A stretch of 64,000 nucleotides of DNA from an uncultured Gammaproteobacteria bacterium (GTDB taxonomy: Bacteria > Patescibacteriota > Patescibacteriia > Magasanikbacterales > GWA2-37-8). The position numbers were made by a program, and so were the translations under genes. The stretch's first letter is position 1, and each line of letters begins with the position of its first letter. The stretch is from the NCBI GenBank assembly GCA_964496095.1, contig CAZBWU010000001.1, positions 121,474 through 185,473 on the forward strand, in the 5' to 3' direction. The notes below the pieces were generated by a model. That model was not told the DNA's origin. It worked only from the letters and a program-made list of their open reading frames with translations, and did not search any database. Shown here piece by piece: positions 48,055-57,032 of this stretch.

Positions 48055-48107
48055 ACCCTGTTAAATGTCGCTTTGCGACACCCGACCTTGTCGGGATTTA
48101 ACAGGGT
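48055..48107. repeat. Nested-hairpin palindromic element (outer ACCCTGTTAAAT/ATTTAACAGGGT; inner GTCGCtttGCGAC and CCCGACcttGTCGGG)
   Basis: Read directly; shares a CCCGAC...GTCGGG hairpin with the element at 23779. Confidence 0.55.
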
Positions 48108-48124
48108 AAACCTATTAATAAATT

Positions 48125-50023
48125 ATGTCGTTATTTCAATTAAAATCTAAATTTCAACCCGCGGGGGATCAGCCCGAAGCTATCAAGAAATTGATGGCTA
48201 GTTTGGATAAAGGAAATAGGTACCAAACATTGCTGGGCGTGACTGGGTCTGGTAAAACTTTTACTGTGGCCAATGTAATTAAAGATTTTGATCGGCCCGT
48301 TCTGATTATGGCGCCAAATAAAGCCTTAGCGGCGCAGTTGTATCGTGAATACAAAAATTTCTTTCCGGAAAATTCGGTAAATTATTTTGTGTCATACTAT
48401 GATTACTATCAACCTGAGGCATACATGCCAACCAGTGACACCTACATTGAAAAAGAATCAATGATCAATGAAGAGATAGATAGGTTGCGTCACCAGGCCA
48501 CCAGCGCCTTAATGTCTCGCAAAGATGTGATTGTCGTGGCGTCTGTGTCTTGTATTTATAATCTCGGCGTGCCGATAAATTATTTTGATTCAGCTTTACA
48601 TTTGGAAGTTGGTCAGCCTATGGTGCGAGCGGACTTGATGCGACAACTTATAAAAATTCAGTTTGCGCGTACGCCTGGATTATTAGAAAGAGGTAAATTT
48701 CGTGTGCGAGGCGAGGTTTTTGAGATTGCGCCAGCCTCTGAGAAGTTTGTTTATCGAATAGAAATAGTAAATCAAAAAATTGCGGAGATTGGCGTGGTAG
48801 ATGCGTTGACCAAAACTATCAAAGAACAAATGAAAGAGGCAATAATTTTTCCGGTAAAACATTTTGTCTCTTCTGAACCACAGATGAAAGAAGCTTTGAA
48901 AGAAATAAAAACAGAACTTAAAGAACGCTTGGCCTATTTTAAGAAAAAAGAATTATATCTAGAAGCTGAGCGACTAGAGCGTCGCACTCGTTATGATTTA
49001 GAGATGTTAAAAACTTTGGGTTTTTGTCATGGGATTGAAAATTATTCTAGGCATTTGGCAGGTAAGTTGGTAGGCGAGGCGCCAGATACTTTACTTTCAT
49101 ATTTTCCTTGGAAAAAAGATAAAGACGGTAAAAATATTCCTGATTTCCTTACGATTATGGATGAGTCGCACATTGGTCTGCCTCAGGTGCGAGGTATGTA
49201 CGCGGGGGATAGAAGTCGTAAAGATACTCTAGTTCAGTATGGCTGGAGATTGCCTTCGGCTCTTGATAATCGCCCGCTTAAGTTTGATGAATTTGAAAAA
49301 AGAGTAGGACAAGTTGTTTTTACTTCGGCAACTCCGGGAGATTTTGAGATGAGCCATTCGGCAGTAGTGGCTGAGCAGGTCATTCGTCCGACAGGTCTCA
49401 TTGATCCGCCGATAGAAGTGCGTCCAGTATTTAATAAACAAACAAACAGAGGCCAGGTGGATGATATTATTAGCGAGATTGAAACAATTATTAAAAACAA
49501 AGAAAGAGTGATTATTAATGTCCTGACCAAAAAAATGGCCGAGGAATTATCTGAATTTTTGAAACAAAAAAATTATCCAGCCAATTATTTGCATTCAGAT
49601 GTAAAAACTTTGGAACGTACAGAAATTCTTATGGCTTTTCGTGAAGGTAAGTTCAATGTGCTAATTGGTGTTAATCTTTTGCGTGAAGGTTTGGATTTAC
49701 CAGAGGTGACTCTTGTTGCCATTATGGATGCTGATAGGGAAGGGTTTTTACGCAGTGAAGAATCCTTGATGCAGACCATGGGTAGAGCTGCCAGAAATGT
49801 AAAAGGCAAAGTTATTTTGTACGCCGACAGTATTACAAGATCTATGAAAGCGGCGATGAAAGAAGTGGATAGGCGCCGTAAGGTGCAGATAGCCTATAAT
49901 ACCAAACATGGTATTACGCCACAGACAACAAATAAAGATATAGAACAGTTTTTGGATATGGCTACTGTGGATTTGAATTTGCCGGTACGGGAGAAGCGGT
50001 CTGGGAGAAAAAGTAAAAAATAA
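48125..50023 (+). CDS. uvrB: Excinuclease ABC subunit B
   Basis: GVTGSGKTFT; helicase motifs; beta-hairpin region. Confidence 0.95.
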   Translation: MSLFQLKSKFQPAGDQPEAIKKLMASLDKGNRYQTLLGVTGSGKTFTVANVIKDFDRPVLIMAPNKALAAQLYREYKNFFPENSVNYFVSYYDYYQPEAYMPTSDTYIEKESMINEEIDRLRHQATSALMSRKDVIVVASVSCIYNLGVPINYFDSALHLEVGQPMVRADLMRQLIKIQFARTPGLLERGKFRVRGEVFEIAPASEKFVYRIEIVNQKIAEIGVVDALTKTIKEQMKEAIIFPVKHFVSSEPQMKEALKEIKTELKERLAYFKKKELYLEAERLERRTRYDLEMLKTLGFCHGIENYSRHLAGKLVGEAPDTLLSYFPWKKDKDGKNIPDFLTIMDESHIGLPQVRGMYAGDRSRKDTLVQYGWRLPSALDNRPLKFDEFEKRVGQVVFTSATPGDFEMSHSAVVAEQVIRPTGLIDPPIEVRPVFNKQTNRGQVDDIISEIETIIKNKERVIINVLTKKMAEELSEFLKQKNYPANYLHSDVKTLERTEILMAFREGKFNVLIGVNLLREGLDLPEVTLVAIMDADREGFLRSEESLMQTMGRAARNVKGKVILYADSITRSMKAAMKEVDRRRKVQIAYNTKHGITPQTTNKDIEQFLDMATVDLNLPVREKRSGRKSKK

Positions 50024-50063
50024 ACTACTTATACTTTTTGTCACCAAAAAGTATCAAAAATTG

Positions 50064-50136
50064 TTGGGGGTGACAGAACTCACCTTGCTACAAGGTTGGT
50101 TCTGTAAATATGTTAGTTCGAACAGCTGTCACCCCA
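50064..50136. repeat. Nested-hairpin palindromic element (outer TTGGGGGTGACAG/CTGTCACCCCAA; inner CCTTGctaCAAGG) between uvrB and uvrA
   Basis: Read directly; preceded by hairpin TACTTTTTG-tcac-CAAAAAGTA at 50027-50051. Confidence 0.5.
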
Positions 50137-50212
50137 AACCCCTTTGTACAAGTAGCTTATTTATTAAGAAAACTTTTAAACTATTCAACCAGTTAACAAA
50201 TAAACTAATTCT

Positions 50213-52711
50213 ATGGAAGACAAAATCATAATTAAAAAAGCTCGGGTACATAATCTCAAAAATGTATCTTTGGAAATTCCGAAAAACAAACTGATTGTTT
50301 TTACGGGTGTGTCTGGGAGCGGTAAATCCTCCCTTGCTTTTGATACTATTTTTGCGGAAGGACAGCGTCGGTATATAGAATCTTTATCACCTTATGCTCG
50401 CCAGTTTTTGGGGCAGATGGAGCGAGCTGATGTGGATGAAATTACCGGTTTGTCACCAGCCATTGCTATTGGTCAAAAGGCGCTGAGCCATAATCCAAGA
50501 TCTATTGTTGGGACGCTCACAGAAATCTATGACTATTTGCGCGTGCTTTATGCCAGACTGGGAGAAGTATTTTGTCCAACTTGTGGCACAAAAATAGAAA
50601 AATTATCTCCAGAAGAAATGATTGATATTATTTTGGGGATGGCCAAAGAGCTAAATCAAAAAACGGTGACGATTTTATCTCCCGTGGTGCGTGGTCGCAA
50701 GGGTGAGTACTATCAATTATTGTATGATTTTTTGAACGAAGGTTTTGAGCAGGCGCGTGTGGATGGCAAAATGCATTCATTGCATGATCGCATAGAATTA
50801 TCTAGAAATAAAATACACAACATAGAAGTATTGGTAGATAGAGTGATGATTAGCGACGAGAGCCGTTTGTTTGAGGCTGTAGAAGGCGCCTTACAACACA
50901 GTAAAGGGCTAGTGACGGTTTTGTTTGGTGAAAATACCAAGAATCCAATTGAAAGATTGTTATCTAGCCACTGGTCTTGTCCGGAAGATGGTTTTTCTTT
51001 TCCTGAGATTGAACCTCGTCTTTTTTCTTTTAACTCTCCAGCAGGAGCTTGTGTGGCCTGTGGCGGTTTGGGCAAAGCCGAAGTTTTTAGTAAAGAAATT
51101 TGTCCCGAATGTGTTGGTAAAAGACTCAAGCCCGAAGCCTTATCTGTACGGATTAAAAATAAAAATATTTATGAAGTTTCAGCCATGACCATAGAAGAAG
51201 GTTTTGATTTTTTCAAAGAGTATGGCAAGAAACTAAACGAACGCCAGACCATGATTGCTCACAATATTATTAAAGAAATAAACGACCGGTTTAAATTCTT
51301 ACTTGAAGTGGGCTTGGATTATATTACTCTTAATCGCGAGGCACATACCTTGTCTGGTGGGGAAGCGCAACGTATCCGCTTGGCCTCGCAGATTGGTTCG
51401 CATCTTTCTAATACGTTATATGTGTTAGATGAGCCAACCATTGGTTTGCATGAGAGAGATACAGAAAGATTGGTTAATACCTTGAAGGCGCTTCGTGATG
51501 AAAATAATACAGTGATTATTGTGGAACATGATGAGCGAACCATAAAAGAGTCTGATTATTTGGTTGATCTTGGTCCGATGGCTGGTGAGCTCGGCGGAGA
51601 AGTGGTTTATAGCGGACCAACCAAAAGTATAAAAGATGAAAAAAATAAATCTCTGACTTTGAAATATTTAACTGAAGAAGTAAAAATAGAAGTGCCAAAA
51701 AAACGTCGCTGGAAAGAAACTGAAGAAATTTCGATTGTCGGCGCACGCGCCAATAATCTCAAAAATATAAATGTGAAAATTCCGTTGCGAAAGTTTGTTT
51801 GTATTTCCGGTGTTTCCGGCGGTGGCAAGTCGTCTCTTCTATATGATGTGCTCTACGAAAATGTGGCCAGAATAAAAAGTCGATTTAAGAAGTTAGAAGA
51901 TGTCAGTAAAATTACTGGCACTGAGTATGTAGATAAAGCCGTGATTGTCGATCAAGCGCCAATTGGCCGCACGCCGAGGTCAAATCCCGCCACCTATACT
52001 GGCATCTTTACCCCGATTCGTGATTTTTATACCAGCTTAGAAGAGGCAAGAGTGCGCGGTTATACTCATTCCCGGTTTTCTTTTAACGTACCCGGTGGTC
52101 GTTGTGAATCTTGCCAAGGAGCTGGTTTTAATACGATTGAGATGCACTTCATGCCTGAGGTAGAAGTGCCTTGCGAAGTCTGTCATGGCAAGCGCTTTAG
52201 CCGTGAGACGTTGCAAGTTAAGCATAAAAATAAAAACATCAGTGATGTCCTCGAGATGACCGTTAACGAGGCGGTCAAATTTTTCGAGCATATTTATCAA
52301 ATTACTGATAAACTAAAGGTATTGCAAGAAGTTGGTTTGGGCTATTTGCGTTTGGGGCAAAGTGCCACAACCCTTTCTGGTGGAGAAGCACAGAGAATAA
52401 AATTGGCTCGCGAATTAGCGGCGCCACTAGGCAAGAAAAATTTGTATCTGCTAGACGAACCGTCAGTTGGGTTGCACTATCACGATATTGAGATGTTATT
52501 GGCAGTGTTGAACAAATTAGTTGATAAAGGAAATTCAGTCGTGGTGATTGAACATAACTTGCATATTATCAAGTGCGCGGATTATATTATAGATATGGGT
52601 CCTGAGGGTGGAGCTAAAGGTGGAATAGTCGTAGCCAAAGGCACGCCTGAAGAAGTCGGCGATAATCCAAATTCTTATACGGGAATGTATTTGAGACCGT
52701 ATTTGGATTAG
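50213..52711 (+). CDS. uvrA: Excinuclease ABC subunit A (compact, 832 aa)
   Basis: Two ABC cassettes ([10 protein letters not shown]; [10 protein letters not shown]), LSGGE signatures, zinc modules CxxC. Confidence 0.95.
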   Translation: MEDKIIIKKARVHNLKNVSLEIPKNKLIVFTGVSGSGKSSLAFDTIFAEGQRRYIESLSPYARQFLGQMERADVDEITGLSPAIAIGQKALSHNPRSIVGTLTEIYDYLRVLYARLGEVFCPTCGTKIEKLSPEEMIDIILGMAKELNQKTVTILSPVVRGRKGEYYQLLYDFLNEGFEQARVDGKMHSLHDRIELSRNKIHNIEVLVDRVMISDESRLFEAVEGALQHSKGLVTVLFGENTKNPIERLLSSHWSCPEDGFSFPEIEPRLFSFNSPAGACVACGGLGKAEVFSKEICPECVGKRLKPEALSVRIKNKNIYEVSAMTIEEGFDFFKEYGKKLNERQTMIAHNIIKEINDRFKFLLEVGLDYITLNREAHTLSGGEAQRIRLASQIGSHLSNTLYVLDEPTIGLHERDTERLVNTLKALRDENNTVIIVEHDERTIKESDYLVDLGPMAGELGGEVVYSGPTKSIKDEKNKSLTLKYLTEEVKIEVPKKRRWKETEEISIVGARANNLKNINVKIPLRKFVCISGVSGGGKSSLLYDVLYENVARIKSRFKKLEDVSKITGTEYVDKAVIVDQAPIGRTPRSNPATYTGIFTPIRDFYTSLEEARVRGYTHSRFSFNVPGGRCESCQGAGFNTIEMHFMPEVEVPCEVCHGKRFSRETLQVKHKNKNISDVLEMTVNEAVKFFEHIYQITDKLKVLQEVGLGYLRLGQSATTLSGGEAQRIKLARELAAPLGKKNLYLLDEPSVGLHYHDIEMLLAVLNKLVDKGNSVVVIEHNLHIIKCADYIIDMGPEGGAKGGIVVAKGTPEEVGDNPNSYTGMYLRPYLD

Positions 52712-52815
52712 AATTTGTTTAGTTTTATTTACTGTAAACTTGTAATGAGTTTGTTAACTGTCATTCGCTCAAAAATATTTTAGCTAGCTAAATATTTTAT
52801 TCACTCATTTCGTAT

Positions 52816-53652
52816 ATGAAAAAAATAATTGCCCTGTTCGCAGTCATCGCAGTCTTAGGTGTTATAGTTGTTTTTTATAATTCCAGAAAACCAATCTCGC
52901 AAACTGATGAATATAATAATGGGATAGAAGATTTGGCTGGTTTAATTATAGAAAATGTAGAATCGGGTAGTATTATTTTATCGCCCTTGAAAATTATAGG
53001 GCGTATTACTGGTGATGGTTGGATCGGTTTTGAAGGTCAGGTAGGTAATGTTAGTTTAGTAGATAGAGAAGGTAATGTATTAGATACTAAGCCACTGACT
53101 GCTACTTCCGATTGGATGACTTCGACCGTCCGTTTTGAAGCTAATATAGAATTTTTTACCACTGCTACGTCGGGTAAACTTGTCTTTAGAAATGAAAACC
53201 CGAGTGGGGAGCCATCAAGAGACAGATCTGTTTCTCGGAATATAAAATTCGCTCCAGCTGGAGAAGTGGTGAATTTAAAAGCGTATTTTAGTAATAGTAA
53301 TCTTGATCCAAAGATTACTTGCAAAGAAGTTTTTCCTGTGGCTAGGACTGTGGCCAAGACTGCAGGAGTAGCCAGAGCCGCGCTTGAAGAAATGCTCAAA
53401 GGTCCAACTTCGCAAGAACAGGCCGGCGGGTTTGCTAGTATGATTAACCTTGGTGTAAAGATTAATAGTCTCACTATAGATAAAGGCGTAGCCAAAGTTG
53501 ATTTTGATGGGACAATTCAGCAAGGCGTAGGTGGGTCATGTCGGGTAAGTATGATGAGATTGCAAATAGAGCAAACTTTAAAACAATTTCCAACTGTACA
53601 GAGTGTGATTATTTCTGTTGATGGTAAGACAGAAGATGTTTTACAACCATGA
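52816..53652 (+). CDS. Membrane-anchored GerMN/Gmad2-like domain protein
   Basis: N-terminal TM; C-terminal GerMN-like region; 4-nt overlap with uvrC; conserved CACTCATTTCGTATATG start motif and 26-bp perfect palindrome AAAATATTTAGCTAGCTAAATATTTT upstream. Confidence 0.55.
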   Translation: MKKIIALFAVIAVLGVIVVFYNSRKPISQTDEYNNGIEDLAGLIIENVESGSIILSPLKIIGRITGDGWIGFEGQVGNVSLVDREGNVLDTKPLTATSDWMTSTVRFEANIEFFTTATSGKLVFRNENPSGEPSRDRSVSRNIKFAPAGEVVNLKAYFSNSNLDPKITCKEVFPVARTVAKTAGVARAALEEMLKGPTSQEQAGGFASMINLGVKINSLTIDKGVAKVDFDGTIQQGVGGSCRVSMMRLQIEQTLKQFPTVQSVIISVDGKTEDVLQP

Positions 53653-54824
53653 ACATTGTAGACCAAGCCAAACAATTTCCTCTCAGTCCGGGAGTATACA
53701 TATACAAAGATAACAGTGGTAAGCCTCTCTATGTTGGCCGAGCCACTTCTTTGCGTCGGCGGGTTTTACAGTACTTCCGTAAAGATATTGACCCGCGCAT
53801 TGGCGAGATGGTGGCTTTGGCTTACAAGGTTGACTATATACAAACAGAGACGGTTTTGGAAGCGATTATTTTGGAAGCCAACCTGATCAAAAAATATTGG
53901 CCAAAGTACAATGTCAAAGACAAAGACAATCGTTCGTTTATTTTTTTGGTTTTTCCCAAAAGTGATTTTCCGAAGCCGATTATTGTGCGGGGGAGAGAGT
54001 TAGAAAGTTTTCCAACTTCGCAAGCCAAAATTTTTGGCCCCTATCAGAGTCTAACAGTTGTCCGCAATGCCTTGCAAATTATTCGTCGGATTTTTCCATA
54101 TAGTCTATGTAAGACTGTGGGAAAACCATGTTTTGATTATCAGATTGGCTTATGCCCGGGAGTTTGTGTGGGAGCGATTACGAAAAAAGATTATCAGAAA
54201 AATATTAACAATATTGTTTTACTACTCAAAGGCGAAAAGAAAAAATTATTAAAAAAACTGTCTAAAGAAAATCCGCAGGCCGCAATTTATCTCAAACATA
54301 TTCAGGATGTGACGCTGGTTTCGCGGGATGAATATGGGGTAGAAGCAGGCTCGGAGAATTTTAATAGGATTGAGGGCTATGACATATCGCATTTTGCCGG
54401 TAAAGAAACCTATGGCTCAATGGTAGTTTTTACCGACGGCAAGCCGGACAAAGCTCAGTATAGGTTGTTTAAAATAAAAGACGCGCCTGCTAATAATGAT
54501 TTGGAATCGCTCAAAGAAATGCTAGAGAGAAGGCTCAAGCACACCGAATGGCCAAAACCAGATTTGATTCTCATTGATGGTGGTAGACCGCAGATAGATT
54601 ATTTGGCCAAAACTATGGAGCAATTTCAAGTAAAAAGTCCGTGGTTGGGATTATCAAAATTAAATGGTGATCATTTGGTATTTGCCCCAGGAACAAAAAA
54701 TGTGTTCAAGGATTTGGCTGAAACTATTAAAAGAACTTTACAGCAAGTGCGTGATGAGGCGCATCGATTTGCGAATAGAGGACGAAGTAGAAGGTATTTT
54801 AATGATAACCTTGGCAGTAGGTAA
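53649..54824 (+). CDS. uvrC: Excinuclease ABC subunit C, short form (GIY-YIG + RNase H-like endonuclease domain; no C-terminal HhH)
   Basis: GIY-YIG PGVYIYKD...LYVGRA; IEGYDISH motif. Confidence 0.85.
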   Translation: MNIVDQAKQFPLSPGVYIYKDNSGKPLYVGRATSLRRRVLQYFRKDIDPRIGEMVALAYKVDYIQTETVLEAIILEANLIKKYWPKYNVKDKDNRSFIFLVFPKSDFPKPIIVRGRELESFPTSQAKIFGPYQSLTVVRNALQIIRRIFPYSLCKTVGKPCFDYQIGLCPGVCVGAITKKDYQKNINNIVLLLKGEKKKLLKKLSKENPQAAIYLKHIQDVTLVSRDEYGVEAGSENFNRIEGYDISHFAGKETYGSMVVFTDGKPDKAQYRLFKIKDAPANNDLESLKEMLERRLKHTEWPKPDLILIDGGRPQIDYLAKTMEQFQVKSPWLGLSKLNGDHLVFAPGTKNVFKDLAETIKRTLQQVRDEAHRFANRGRSRRYFNDNLGSR

Positions 54825-54897
54825 AATTGACAAAAAGCCATTTTTGGCATATAAACAAGCGATAAGTCGTTCTTTAAAAAGACATCATACGTAACAT

Positions 54898-54954
54898 AAC
54901 AAACTAGGATTTTAAATTATCTATAGATTAGGTAATTTAAAATCCTAGTTTGTT
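54898..54954. repeat. Perfect 21-bp inverted repeat AACAAACTAGGATTTTAAATT / AATTTAAAATCCTAGTTTGTT with 15-nt loop
   Basis: Read directly; sits at the left edge of a GC-rich island. Confidence 0.7.
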
Positions 54955-55022
54955 CCGAACGTTCATCACCAATGCCCCTGTTGGAGGGGAAGAAAGAAAA
55001 AAGGGAGGGGGTGATATATCAA

Positions 55023-55340
55023 ATGAGCAAAGACGAAAAGCTGGACTATCCGGCCGAATTCGTCGCGGCAGTCGCGGCTGAGTGGCCGCCACCCAACGAC
55101 AAGGTGATACCTGGGAGGTTGGCTGAAGGAGACCCGAAGATCGGGGCGCTTCTTGCCCAAGCTTCAGAGGATCCTTTCACGCCCCAAGAGGTCGTCAAGT
55201 TCTTGGAGGCAGGTCAGGGGGCAGATCTCCTGAGTCAAGCTCAGCGGAGAATCCGGCTGGGCAAGCTCTTCGAGCAGTGGTTGAAGATCGTTCAGCCATC
55301 AACACCATCACCTCGTCGGTCTCGTCGTCGCGCTCGGTAG
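55023..55340 (+). CDS. Hypothetical 105-aa protein with Arg-rich C-terminus, in a ~58% GC island (54955-55430) of atypical codon usage
   Basis: GGAGGGGG Shine-Dalgarno before ATG; composition shift; GTCAGCggagcgatGCTGAC hairpin after stop. Confidence 0.45.
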   Translation: MSKDEKLDYPAEFVAAVAAEWPPPNDKVIPGRLAEGDPKIGALLAQASEDPFTPQEVVKFLEAGQGADLLSQAQRRIRLGKLFEQWLKIVQPSTPSPRRSRRRAR

Positions 55341-55452
55341 GATGATGTCAGCGGAGCGATGCTGACGGCCAGGCACAAAGCCCAGGGCGCCGTCGCTCCG
55401 GCCCCGCATTATCCTTATCAATACTGGTAATGATAATCTAGGGCCTAAATTT

Positions 55453-55481
55453 GACAGTTTTGTCCATATATAGTATAATTT
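55453..55481 (+). promoter_or_regulatory. Consensus sigma70 promoter TTGACA-N17-TATAAT for the rpsA leader
   Basis: Exact hexamers, 17-nt spacer. Confidence 0.7.
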
Positions 55482-55485
55482 AGGT

Positions 55486-55574
55486 ATTAAAAATATTGAC
55501 CCAGTGAAATAATTCCGACCAAGTCGGAATTGCCACAGAGTGGTATTTCACGGGGTAAACCAATTAAGCCCTTC
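55486..55574 (+). ncRNA. Conserved structured leader RNA motif, copy 2 (upstream of rpsA)
   Basis: About 85% identical to 9791-9884 with compensatory base-pair changes in two helices. Confidence 0.6.
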
Positions 55575-55641
55575 CAATTTAGAGAAGAGCACCCGTAGCC
55601 AATTTATTGGCAGGGATAAGGAGTATTTTTTTGTTAAATAT

Positions 55642-56805
55642 ATGTCAGAAGAAAAAAACCAAAAAGAAGTTCAGGACTTCAAAACCCTGCTCGCGTCTTA
55701 TCAACTTACCATTCCAAAAGAAGGGGATGTTGTTAAGTGTAAAATAATTTCTATCGACAAAGGTGAAGTGCATGTAGACATCGAGGGTTTGACTGTGGGT
55801 GTGGTTCGTGGACGAGAATTGTTTGCCGAGTCCAAGGAATACATGAGTCTAAAAGTGGGCGACGAAGTAGAGGCCACTGTTTTGGATCTAGAAAATGAAA
55901 ATGGCGAAATGGAATTATCATTCCGCATTGCCGGTTATCAACGCGCTTGGGGTAATGTCAAGAAATGGATGCAAGACAATATTACTATCAAAGGAAAAGT
56001 GTTGGCTGCTAATAAAGGTGGTTTGATGATGCAGGTAGAAGGCTTGGCTGGTTTTATGCCAGTTTCTCAGCTTAACCCTGATCACTACCCAAGAGTTACA
56101 GGTGGCGACAAAAATCGTATTTTAGAAAAATTACGAGAATTGATGAATAAAGAATTAGAAGTGAAAGTAATTGATGTTAATGAGAAAGAAGAAAAATTAA
56201 TCGTTTCTGAAAAAGCCGTTTGGGAAGATGCTCAAAAGACTGTTTTGGAATCATACAAAGTTGGCGACGCAGTAGAAGGAGAGATCTCTGCTTTAACTTC
56301 CTTTGGCGCCTTTGTGAAATTTGGTCAAGACTTAGAAGGTTTGGTTCATATTTCCGAAATCGCTTGGCAGCGTATTGATCATCCTAAGGATATTCTCAAA
56401 GTGGGTGATAAGGTTAAAGCTCAAATTATCCAACTCGACAGATCCAAGATTTATTTGTCTATCAAACGTTTGGTAGATGATCCATGGAAGACTGTAAAGG
56501 ATAAATATAAAGTTGGCGACAAGGTTGAAGGTAAGATTTTGAAGATTGAACCGTTTGGTTTGATGGTTGCCTTGGACAAAGACATTCACGGCTTGGCTCA
56601 CATCTCTGAGTTAGCTGATGAAGGTATTACCAATATCTCCGAGAAGTTCAAGATCGGTCAAACTACTGACTTTGAAGTTGTTTCCTTAGAACCACCAGAG
56701 CACCGATTAGGTTTGAGATTATATGGTGTTAAAGGAAAAGCCAAAAAAGTAGAAGAAAAGCCAGTCGACGAAGCCAAGAAACCAGCTGAGGAGAAAAAGG
56801 CTTAA
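55642..56805 (+). CDS. rpsA: 30S ribosomal protein S1 (four S1 domains)
   Basis: Repeated S1 OB-fold motifs (G..V.G.V......G.FV); the ORF-track start at 55540 overlaps the leader motif and is unlikely. Confidence 0.9.
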   Translation: MSEEKNQKEVQDFKTLLASYQLTIPKEGDVVKCKIISIDKGEVHVDIEGLTVGVVRGRELFAESKEYMSLKVGDEVEATVLDLENENGEMELSFRIAGYQRAWGNVKKWMQDNITIKGKVLAANKGGLMMQVEGLAGFMPVSQLNPDHYPRVTGGDKNRILEKLRELMNKELEVKVIDVNEKEEKLIVSEKAVWEDAQKTVLESYKVGDAVEGEISALTSFGAFVKFGQDLEGLVHISEIAWQRIDHPKDILKVGDKVKAQIIQLDRSKIYLSIKRLVDDPWKTVKDKYKVGDKVEGKILKIEPFGLMVALDKDIHGLAHISELADEGITNISEKFKIGQTTDFEVVSLEPPEHRLGLRLYGVKGKAKKVEEKPVDEAKKPAEEKKA

Positions 56806-56919
56806 TAAAGTTTAAAAAAACATAAAAATTACAAACCCTTCGTCAAAAACGAGGGGTTTGTTTATCCCTTGCCTTTTTGGTTGAAAAAAGGTAATATTTA
56901 TTAACAATTTAAAACAAAT

Positions 56920-57001
56920 ACATAATAATTTTTTAGCGTCCAAATGCCCTGCGGGCACCCCTGCGGGGGTTGGTGATGGACGCTGTAAAAAATTATTATG
57001 T
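56920..57001. repeat. Nested-hairpin element with conserved core GCGTCCAAA...GGTTGGTGATGGACGC (22-bp AT-rich outer stem, inner TGCCCtgcGGGCA and CCCCtgcGGGGG)
   Basis: Read directly; paralog at 61690-61790. Confidence 0.6.
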
Positions 57002-57032
57002 ATTCTTAAATCCTTATAAATAAAAAATCCTT

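Noticed and set aside
48055-48107. Integron attC-site interpretation of the nested palindromes (GTTAAAT...ATTTAAC resembles the GTTRRRY and RYYYAAC cores)
   Set aside because: Only this one element fits the core consensus. The other family members lack GTT/AAC cores, and no integrase (intI) or cassette array is present.
54664-54894. 76-aa ORF overlapping the uvrC 3' end
   Set aside because: Out-of-frame overlap with a well-supported uvrC C-terminus and no independent signals.
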